NCBI GenBank assembly: GCA_023231475.1
Contig: JALJEE010002349.1
Span: 108,566 to 128,565 of the forward strand
Length of the DNA: 20,000 nucleotides
Direction of reading: 5' to 3'
Origin: Seison nebaliae
Lineage: Eukaryota
Part shown: positions 11,376 to 20,000 of the stretch, one piece after another
How the letters are laid out: each line of letters opens with the position of its first letter
Numbering within the stretch: the first letter of the stretch is position 1
Notes under the pieces: model-generated
What the model was told of the DNA's origin: nothing
The model's input: the letters and a program-made list of their open reading frames with translations, nothing else
The model's database searches: none
Program-made: the position numbers and the translations under genes

Positions 11376-13225
11376 ATGAGAGAACTGTCGCGAACAATGA
11401 GCACTTCAATTATTCCTCGTTCAAGTCTCTCATCTAATCGGAAGATAATCAGCAGACCGTCAATCATTCCATTAAGCTCTAATTCTTCCAATCCGAAGAA
11501 TCAACAAACGAACATCTATCACGTGAAGGATAGTCGACTCATTCAAACGTTTTGGCAGACGAAATCCAAATTAGTCTCCAGTGTCGCCATCCGACTGCGT
11601 AACATTTGTGAAAAGAATCGGAACGAAGAAAAGGTTATTAAACATTTTACGTAGTAGTTGAAGATCATCATCTCATAATAGCATCAGTTGATTATAGAAA
11701 GATTTAAATTCTGCGTCAATCGCGTAATATTAGCATTACGTTCAGCTACATATCTTTGTCGTCGATATCGTATTCTGGACACTTCGACACCACATCAGAT
11801 GGAAGAGAAAGTGATGGAAGATAAAGTCGTTTCACAACAATTTAATTTCAATTTGAATTATTATAAGAGAAGTAAAGAAGTTAGAAAGTTGTGGGAAATG
11901 AATTTTAATAAAATGATGGACAGAAAGCACTCTCGCCTATGATTGTGGAGATATTAAGGAAGCCTATCTCCCAAAGAACTGATCAGAAGAAGAAAATTGC
12001 AATTTATGGATTAACGTCCTATATGAATTCGTTCGGAAAATTCTCGTTTGATATTCAACGATATATAGTCACTTTCGGTTATTATGTTCACTATCAACAA
12101 CGACGAATATTATATCGGAAATATCAACGGCCTCTCTATTTTTATTATATTCTCAAGGGAAATGGTTACAATATTTTCTATCATAGTAATTTTTCCTAAG
12201 AATTATAAAATTGTCTTCTCATTTCACAATTGATGGGAATTTAGTGGAAATTATAGATGTAAAATTTGATAAAGAAACGAATAGGAAAGAAAAAATTTTC
12301 AAACAATTATTTCGACGAGGTGATTGTTTTGGAGTTAAATTTATTTTCATCCGAAATCTCATTCATTCTCTTAACGACGATTCGTCCCATAATTTTCTCG
12401 GTGGCAACTCAATTGGAAAAAAAGGAAACTGATTTAATTTACAATCGACCACGATCCTTCTCCACCATCGTCGATAAAGATACAATTCTTTTAGTTATCG
12501 ATTACGACACATATATCCCTTTCATAACTAATTTGAAAGAAGATATTCATTATAAATCATTCGTCGATTATTTCCACCAAAATGATATTTCAATCGATCG
12601 GAAAATCTTCGATCGGAAAGAATGTTGTTTCTCATCGTATTTCAGGTGAGTTATAGAATTGGGGAATAATTTACACATATGTTTTCAGGAACAAACAACT
12701 CATTTGGAAGCCGAATGACCAAACACGATTTCTCTATTTCATAAAGAACGGGAAATGCTTGATATATAAGAAGATAAACTTTAATAAATCTTCCGTCATT
12801 CTGACGATAGGACAATTAGGAAAAAATTCATTAATTGTTAATACTTATTTTGAATGTGCATATACTTTGCATCATTAATGCACATATTAGATTCCGCATC
12901 AACATAAGGATATTTGGATGGAATCGAACGGGACGGAATGTCTGTTGTTGGACTACGAAGAAGTGAGGAAAGATTTGAATATGAAAACAATCGAAAAAAT
13001 AGAATCATTAGTTAGTATATGTTATTTATCGTTTGATATGTATCATTATATTTTATAAATTAACTTGTCAATGATACATGACAGTTCATCCACATTCCCA
13101 ATGATGATACACTAATCAACCGATATGTTATCGACATGAAATGGAAGGAATACAAACGAGAATTATTATATGAAACAGTTAAAAAACGACACTCGTTGAA
13201 ACAGTTAAGAGACAAAGTTTATTGA
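11376..13225 (+). CDS. Cyclic nucleotide-binding domain protein (CNBD2-like), 8 exons, about 469 aa
   Basis: Exons 11376-11633, 11688-11879, 11924-12164, 12245-12333, 12425-12645, 12689-12836, 12891-13010, 13085-13225. All introns are GT-AG (43-91 nt) and phases join into one ORF. Splicing restores CNB motifs FYYILKGNVEI...GDCFGETDLIYNRPRSFS, a second degenerate CNB (FLYFIKNGKC...SNGTECLLL) and a C-terminal P.DD.L...Y.....W..YK motif reminiscent of CNBD2. AATAAA at 13279-13284. The start codon is uncertain (11376 or 11397). Confidence 0.8.
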
Positions 13226-13376
13226 AACAATTCAATCTAAATTAATTTCTTCTCGTTATTGTTGTTGTTGTTATTGTAAATAAATGAACATATAAAAAGA
13301 AAGGATATTGGAGGGAAGGAAAAGGAAATATATTTCTCAATTTTATTCTCTGCTGATAAAATTTGTAGTTGGGGGA

Positions 13377-15236
13377 ATGAAATTTCTAATAACTCCATTG
13401 TTGTTACTTCACATTCTCATTATACGAATTGTCAATTCTGCCAATACGCCATTAGTCACATTGGAGAAGCAGAAAACTACACAGAGCTATCAAGTGACAG
13501 ATGAAGTGCTCAACGGTTTATCATTCATTCGTGATTCTCTTGAACATTCCTATTGGAATTTTCCAGCTATCGATAGGAAAACGGCAGATTTCATCAATTT
13601 TCCATTCGTTGCAATTAAAGGAAAAGATTTCTATTATTTGCCTTGCGATTTACGTCTCCCCGAGAAGATGTACGAAAAAACATTCCTCAATTCCGATTCT
13701 AATTTTATTACGTTATGGTATCGGAATGACAGACAAATTTTAACAATGCAATTCAATTTGAATCGTCAAACGAAACAAGCTGAATTTCAAAAATCCGAAA
13801 TTACTAACTACGCCTATTTCCTGGGTCAATTTCAGCAAGGTCAACACTAACTCTAACTCCAATTAATTCTCTAATAAGAATCATATAATCAGGTAATTTC
13901 GGTCTAATTCTTCGTAACGTCACCGATGTTCATTCAGGCATTTATCGATGTGAAGTATATAAAGCTCAACATGGAAATCGATTAAGCTTACCCTTGGCTG
14001 CTAGTCATTACGCTGTACGTGTTATAGGTTAGAAATTTGAGAGATTGTTGTAGAAGAGGAAAAGGAAACAAGAGAACAATTTATCAATGTCTATTAGTTC
14101 CCATAAGTACTTTAATAATAGGTGTTAACGATGTCTATCAATTTTGTTCAATATTACCTCATTGAAGGATGAGGATGAAGTGGAAACGGATAATGATGAT
14201 AATGATCATATAAATTTTGGAAATTGAACTCTTGAAATATTCGTCTATGTTTATTTAGATCGGAGTAGATGTACAGAGAAGTATTGCAATAAATATCCCA
14301 TACAATCCTGGTGTGAATCATATGTTCGATTGAAAGGCGGTTGTTGTCTCCGTTGTCAAGGTTACTTATGGAACTGACGAGATTAATAATCATAAATATA
14401 TTTCCCTCCATCGTTTACATAGATGAATTCTCTTATACGAATCATATTCAGGTTCTGGGGAAGAGTATTACGAAACTCCTGAAAAAAAGAGAACGAGATA
14501 CATTGGAAAGTTATTAAAAAATTTCCCATTTTTTCCAGATCATTTCCTTTCACTCATTCATTATCGATAATACTCTCAATGAAGAGAATGGTGTGGGGGG
14601 TGACTTGGAAGAGAATTGTGAAAAAGAAAAAGATAAGACGAAATGCACAAACATAAGGAAAAGGAGCCGAATACGGTGAGTGGAATAAAGAAAATGTATT
14701 TAATTTTAGAAGAACAGAAGTGTTATTTAAAAGGCATAGTCTCCCATCATTCCGAATGTGCAGTGAAGTGGGAGCAATTATCGGTTCAAGGTTGGCGGAC
14801 AACAATGTTCGGTAATTACGTTTCAATCGAATCGACATAAATTTTGAGAATAAAGGAAAAATTCGAATTTAGTCACTTACTCTCCCCTTCCCAAGTTAGT
14901 TAGAGAAAGTGGTAATCAGATAAACGTTCTTCTTCCGAAATCGGGTGGGCACGATATGTAATCTAAACGATTGATTCAGCTAATTAAATTAATTCTTCTG
15001 GCTCTCATTTTCCTTCCTTCCTTCCTTCCGACTAATTCGTTACGATTCGAACAAAATAATTGAAATCTGTTTACATTTATCTATTAGATTTGCAATACGA
15101 GGAACGACCGGGAAGGAAGGCAGCTATTCACGGCTTAATCATATTGAACATTGTTCTCTTCCTCATTCTCTTCGGATTGATCTTTCTCTACAATCGTCAA
15201 GTACGTAAAATTTTGAAAGACAAAATGAAACTATGA
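13377..15236 (+). CDS. Type I membrane protein: signal peptide, Ig V-type domain, Cys-rich (VWC-like half) module, TM helix, short basic tail
   Basis: Signal peptide MKFLITPLLLLHILIIRIVNS. Ig motifs LPC...LWYRN (exon 13377-13839) join GNFGLILRNVTDVHSGIYRCEV (exon 13893-14027). Exon 14259-14360 reads DRSRCTEKYCNKYPIQSWCESYVRLKGGCCLRCQ. Short exon 14423-14451; middle exons within 14539-14944 have ambiguous boundaries. Last exon 15088-15236 encodes TM AAIHGLIILNIVLFLILFGLIFLY followed by NRQVRKILKDKMKL*. Confidence 0.7.
15010..15029. repeat. (TTCC)5 microsatellite in an intron of the Ig gene
   Basis: ttccttccttccttccttcc. Confidence 0.7.
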
Positions 15237-15275
15237 GAAAATAAGAAGGAAAGAAATATAATTATAGATTTCTAT

Positions 15276-16081
15276 TTAAAATTTTTCTTTTAATCGATTT
15301 CCATTAATTATCGGAGAGCTCAATCGATTGGGTAGAATAGAAGAAAGAACCTTTTCACCATCCATCTACTAGTCGCTATGTTATGAGGGTAGAAATCTTC
15401 AAACTATTCAAGAATACGAAACAATTGAAGTTAACTTCTTCAAACTTTCCCCCCTACACAATTACTTCACACATGAAATGGGAGACAATGTGTACGTCTT
15501 CCCAATCACACAACTTCCCCTCACCATTGTTCACATGGATATTATGATTCCTATTAATGTTGCCAAATGACATAAATCAAATGATTGATTACACTCATTG
15601 ATGTCCATAAAACACTTTCGAATCGATGACTAAGAAATATTGATCGCTCATTATTTATGATGAATCCCAGTCGAAAATTATTCTCAACTTCTTTTGTGAA
15701 TTTGGAAGAATTGGATCTTATCTGGTTATTGTAAAATATGATCAAGTTGGATATGTAGGTGTCACACGACCGAAATGAGAAATAATGTACTTTGCAGTCC
15801 TCTCTCATTTCCTGTACGCTCACAATTCCTTTTTCAGAGTTGCTATATTTCAATTATATTGTGCTTCATTTCCATTATTTTTTGCTTCATTTCATTCCTC
15901 CTTTTAATGAATATTACAGAATAACCGCCTACTGTTAATCTTCCTTTCGTCGAATTGAACTTTACCGCCTGCCTATCACATACTTATCGACGATAGTTTC
16001 CTTCCTTTTGGGAATTGCACTATTTCCTTTTCCATATGTGAAACTTGTCGATGAGAATCGTTTACACTCCATCCAATCCAT
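15276..16081 (-). CDS. Candidate small multi-exon gene, unknown product
   Basis: One phase-consistent model: MDWMECKRFSSTSFTYGKGNSAIPKRKETIVD (16081-15984, GTATGT donor), NNSEKGIVSVQEMREDCK (from 15842), later SSIRKCFMDINECNQSFDLCHLATLIGIIIS and MDGEKVLSSILPNRLSSPIINGNRLKEKF*. It overlaps ORF 15554-15853. No family was recognised and alternative splicing models exist. Confidence 0.3.
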
Positions 16082-17235
16082 CTTAAAATTGTTAGACGGT
16101 TATCAGATAATTAAAAGGATCAATTCAATACACCCCTACGCGGAGATGTCAAACCGCCTCCCACCCTTACATTTCAGTTCCAACAATTATTACTTTCCGT
16201 ATTCGGTCATTATTTTATCCATAATCTTATAAATAGCCATCATTATATATAAGTTTAACAAGTTAAGTTAAGTTAAGGAAAAACATTTAATGTTTTCACA
16301 AATTTTCACCAAGGAAAACCAATTTTTAATAAAGTATCCGTAATTTTTGTTAATAACATTAATGAATTAATTGAACAATTAAATTTATCATTTTCTATTA
16401 TTATTATCATGTTACTGACAGACAATAATTATGGTTTTGAACTTTGATTGACGTGAGTTGCTCTAACCTTGTTGAACTGATGAATTTTTATTTAAAATAA
16501 CCACTTATGACTATTTAAAGGGTTAATGAATTTGAATTGTTCATCATTTTAAAATTAAGCTTTGGTGGAAAATTTAAAAGAGATGGTACTGTTTTCTGAG
16601 AATGAATGAGTTCAATTATTAAAAATGAATTTCATGAGAATGAATTGGAGAAAATTAAAAAATATTTTCTTGACTTTTGTTTAGGATGCATCGATGGAGG
16701 TAGTCAAAACGAATTAGAGAAAGAGGAAGATACACCTTATATCGGAATGTAATTATTTACTCTGAATCTCTCATCGATCATCATTGAACATAACTCCAAA
16801 AAAATTCTGTCTCGTTCGGGAAATAAGTTCGTTCAATTTCATTTATATCATTCTTCCTAATATATTTATATTAAGAAGTGGTTTATTTATAAGTTTGGGG
16901 GAAGAAGTATGTGTATACGTTCGTATAATGAAAATTCAAGTTCTCAGTAGCTCAAGGAACATAAAGATCTCCAACCACTGACTGTAACGGAGGAGATCGA
17001 TCAACATAAAAATTCACTTTACCCATATTAGGATTTTCGAGAAACAAAAAAAAGAAAGAAAGTGTAAAGAAAATTCAAGTTCGTATAATTAAAATTTAAG
17101 TTTGTGAGATGTTGCTGTGCAAAAAAACGAATTTCAAATTAATTTAATATCCCGGTTATTAATACTTAATACGTTTGACATTAAACACAGTTTTATTAGC
17201 AAAGGCATATATTTAACATGGAAACACATGTTCAG

Positions 17236-17566
17236 ATTAATATAATTTTACCCACAATCCGTTATTACGAACTACATCACGATATTCTTCTCCACTCAGA
17301 CCACGATTATTACTTCGTACGACTCGGCAGCATCCCTGTCAATCGATCGAGGATGTTTTTAGCAGATGCATTGCTTGATCAACGTTGGTGATGACCGAAA
17401 CTTCTTTATTTCCTTTTCTTATTTATCCCAACGGAAATTTTAACCAATAAATAATAATAATAATTGTCACGATTCCATAGAAATCGACACGTTTCTTCAA
17501 TTGGGATTGAGGGATTATTATGCGAATAATAATACTCTTAAATATCAATCACTGATAATAAGATAA
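17236..17566 (+). CDS. Candidate terminal exons of an unidentified gene (possible upstream exons at about 16580-17080)
   Basis: Acceptor ttcag at 17235 is followed by open INIILPTIRYYELHHDILLHSDHDYYFVRLGSIPVNRSRMFLADALLDQ, a GTTGGT donor, then after ccatag IDTFLQLGLRDYYANNNTLKYQSLIIR*. GC is locally higher. The minus strand is also partly open, so strand is uncertain. Confidence 0.22.
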
Positions 17567-17569
17567 TTG

Positions 17570-17588
17570 GATTCTAGGATGATTCCCC
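17570..17588 (+). repeat. Left copy of 19-bp perfect inverted repeat (GATTCTAGGATGATTCCCC)
   Basis: Exact reverse complement of 19126-19144. Confidence 0.85.
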
Positions 17589-18120
17589 GTTGATATACCT
17601 GATAAGTGCTATTTAAATGTTTTCTTGTTTTACTGAACTGTTTGACAGAACCGAAAAAAATATTGTCCTAAAACACTTAAAAAATTTAAAAATTGTAAGA
17701 AATATAACCTGGAATCTATAATATCCTCTTTATTACCCACCATTTTTGCGAAAATAATACGATTTGCAACAAACAATTGATCACGTTATAATGAACCGAT
17801 TTTAATATTTTTTTGTATAAATCATATCTACTTACTCCAGAGAATCCAAAAATATCAACAAAATTCAAATTTATAACTGTTAACTATCAAGTGCAGTGAT
17901 TTAAATTTAGCAAAAAGGGAGAGAAAATTTTTTCACTAATTGAGTTTACTTTTTTTGAAAATTCTATATCTAATACCAATCCGTTTTCACTTATTTATCG
18001 CTCAATCGAAAGAGCATGAATTTCTCTTTCTAAAAATATTAAATTTTCTTTTGCTAAGAACAAATTTCATTGAAAACAATAACAATAAAAAAATTTTTAA
18101 AATTTTTGTGGGGAATTTCC

Positions 18121-19112
18121 TTCAGTCGTTCAGTCAACTCGAAATTAATCTTCTATTTTATTGATGCTTCGAAGGCATTCGACTAGGTATTAGGGTTCAA
18201 TTCTTGCTCCCTGGATTTGCTCCCTGCTGAAATTCTATGTGAAGTAAATAATCTCTATTCTTTCTCAATCGTGAATCATTCATTTCCAGCATATGCTTAT
18301 GCAGATGATATGGTGATATACGCAAATAATGTTAAGCAATGCTTAGCCATCATTCGATTAGTAAAATTGCGTTTATATGAGAGATGTTTATCGTACAATG
18401 ACTCGAAATCTAAAATTCTCACCAATATCTTCTATTTTCCGGCCAGAAGTCAATTGAAAAAATTGGTTACAAAAGAAATTGAATTTCTGGGATGTCGGAT
18501 AGACAACAAGAAGAAATCGTCTGCTTTGACCGATAAGATACGATGCAAATTTCTTAGAATGTTTTATTCTTTTCACCATCGTTGTAAATTCTTCTCTATT
18601 CCTATGAAGCTCCGTTTGTTTGTAACGTTTTGTTGGGACTTCTATGGTCTCACCATCTCCGTATCGAACACACGGAAATCATTACTTTCCCTCGATCGAG
18701 CATATAACCGAGCAGTACGTATGTTATTCGGATGTGGCAAGCCTTTTAATAGAGCATTTATGTTCCATGTTAGCGGTCTGAAACCTTTGCCACTTCTCTT
18801 AGTGGAACGATACTTGAGAATACTCGATTGTGTTGCGACTTCCGAACTCGCCTTACCGTCTTTCGTTCAGTGTGAAAAATTTGTTTCACCGCTAAGTTTT
18901 TTTGCCATTACTATGGTTTAACTACTCCTAATACCATAAATGATTTCCGAATTCTACTGTCCAATTTTAACATATTATCTCATGTGCGTCATTTGTTGCT
19001 TTCAAGAATATATCAGGCCAAATCATTTATTTCCGATGATTCACCTAGTGAGTTATCTTATTTTCTTCTGCATTTACCCTGCGGGGATTTGATTTTATAA
19101 TAAAAAAAAAAA
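18121..19112 (+). mobile_element. Degenerate, 5'-truncated non-LTR retrotransposon RT fragment with A-tail
   Basis: In the frame of ORF 18217-18921: FIDASKAFD*V (RT motif A, 18163-18183, stop at 18184-18186), AYADD (YADD 18298-18309), N.SKSKIL, EIEFLG, then KLRLFVTFC..FYG...AYNRAVRMLFG, typical of LINE RT thumb regions. AATAAA runs into A11 at 19099-19112. Motif B (GVRQG..LSP) is absent. Confidence 0.85.
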
Positions 19113-19125
19113 GAATTTTCCAATT

Positions 19126-19144
19126 GGGGAATCATCCTAGAATC
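19126..19144 (-). repeat. Right copy of 19-bp perfect inverted repeat (GGGGAATCATCCTAGAATC)
   Basis: Exact reverse complement of 17570-17588; it starts 13 bp after the RT A-tail. Confidence 0.85.
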
Positions 19145-19663
19145 GATTGAATTCATTCAATTTCCAATCATTTCACGTTCTCATAAATTCGTCAGCGAAT
19201 CGAACGCACAAACCGTTGAATTGACCACGAAGAAATTTTTAGAGAGCAACGACGGAACTTTCTACGAATTAATCTGACAACTCAATTTGTCCATTTCACT
19301 AGAAACATTGTGAGTATATTTCACATGACTCATCCACGAACTGATAGTCGATTGTACGGCAATTTTATATAGTTCGCTCTCATATCTACGTAGGATGGGA
19401 GTCGATGATTTCCTAAAATAATTTTCTGATCATAGATGTTGATTTTGAGCCAATCGATCAACAACCACAACTTCCCGTAATAGTTGGAGAGATAAGCCAC
19501 GAGATACTTATTGAAGCGACATATGGAGAACGACGTTATTCGTATTGTTCGTCTCATTATTAATTAGATTTGGATAATGGAAATGAAATCATCACTCTTA
19601 AATTGTTCATACATATGAATTTCGATGTTACTGATAACACAACCAATTCTCACCGGTTCACTA

Positions 19664-19880
19664 CCCTGTTAGCATTTGGATGTTTTTTTAACGTTTATAA
19701 TGCGTAAAGAAGGTGACGTTCAACGTTAGTAAATAAATGTTTTTATAATGTTCTTTAAACAGCATTTTAGAATAGCTATAGTATGTTACTTTTTAAACGT
19801 CGGTTTTTATCGTTAGAAAAACGCTCTTTTTCCAACGTTAGATTATAGTTTTTTTTGTACGTTAAATTATAGTTCATTTT
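19664..19880. mobile_element. Possible end of a non-autonomous DNA transposon (MITE/CMC-EnSpm-like) with ACGTT-rich subterminal repeats
   Basis: TA|CCCTGTTAGCA start followed by many (A)ACGT(T) motifs and degenerate repeats such as acgttagattatagtt and acgttaaattatagtt. It resembles the CCCAG..A.CA/AACGTT layout of animal EnSpm-like MITEs (recalled similarity). The partner TIR is not in the window. Confidence 0.35.
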
Positions 19881-20000
19881 TTGAAATATAATAAAATTTA
19901 TTATTATTTAATATATATTATTATTGCGTGTTTTATTAATTTGTATGAATTTAATTTAATTAATTTAAAAAGAAATGTTTTACAATTTTATTTATTATAA

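Noticed and set aside
11376..12649. Treating the five consecutive plus ORFs as separate genes or a frameshifted pseudogene
   Set aside because: GT-AG introns join them in phase and restore CNB motifs across the junctions.
14098..14230. Extra Ig-gene exon inside intron 14028-14258
   Set aside because: The phase-1 acceptors I tried all run into stops; direct splicing to 14259 gives an open frame.
15570..15610. DINEC...LC as a calcium-binding EGF domain on the minus strand
   Set aside because: The remaining EGF cysteines do not follow, so it is likely coincidental.
16919..17102. About 23-bp imperfect direct repeat gttcgtataat(g/t)aaaatt(c/t)aagtt
   Set aside because: Only two AT-rich copies; no array or element structure.
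18217..18921. RT as a retron, DGR, group II intron or CRISPR-associated RT
   Set aside because: Eukaryotic context, LINE-type motifs and an A-tail; no array, template/variable repeat pair or msr-msd seen.
18105..19125. Target-site duplication for the LINE fragment (gaatttcc versus gaattttcc)
   Set aside because: Short, imperfect and AT-rich; not distinguishable from chance.

Overview
AT-rich eukaryotic (animal, probably compact-genome invertebrate; inference from gene content and short introns) DNA, not prokaryotic. From left to right: (1) the 3' end of an animal heme peroxidase gene on + (1-213, missing from the ORF track); (2) an intronless 5-HT7-like serotonin GPCR on - (1085-3109); (3) about 8 kb with no convincing CDS; (4) an 8-exon CNBD2-like cyclic-nucleotide-binding protein gene (11376-13225); (5) 151 bp downstream on the same strand, a multi-exon type I membrane protein gene (signal peptide, Ig V-type domain, Cys-rich module, TM; 13377-15236); (6) poorly resolved small multi-exon candidates; (7) a decayed non-LTR reverse-transcriptase fragment with an A-tail, enclosed by a perfect 19-bp inverted repeat; (8) a possible MITE end at the right edge. 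Most notable: 5' splice sites are mostly GTTA with purine-rich acceptors, the CNBD and Ig genes have an operon/outron-like junction, and the RT cassette is bounded by inverted repeats. All exon models were assembled by eye and need RNA confirmation.
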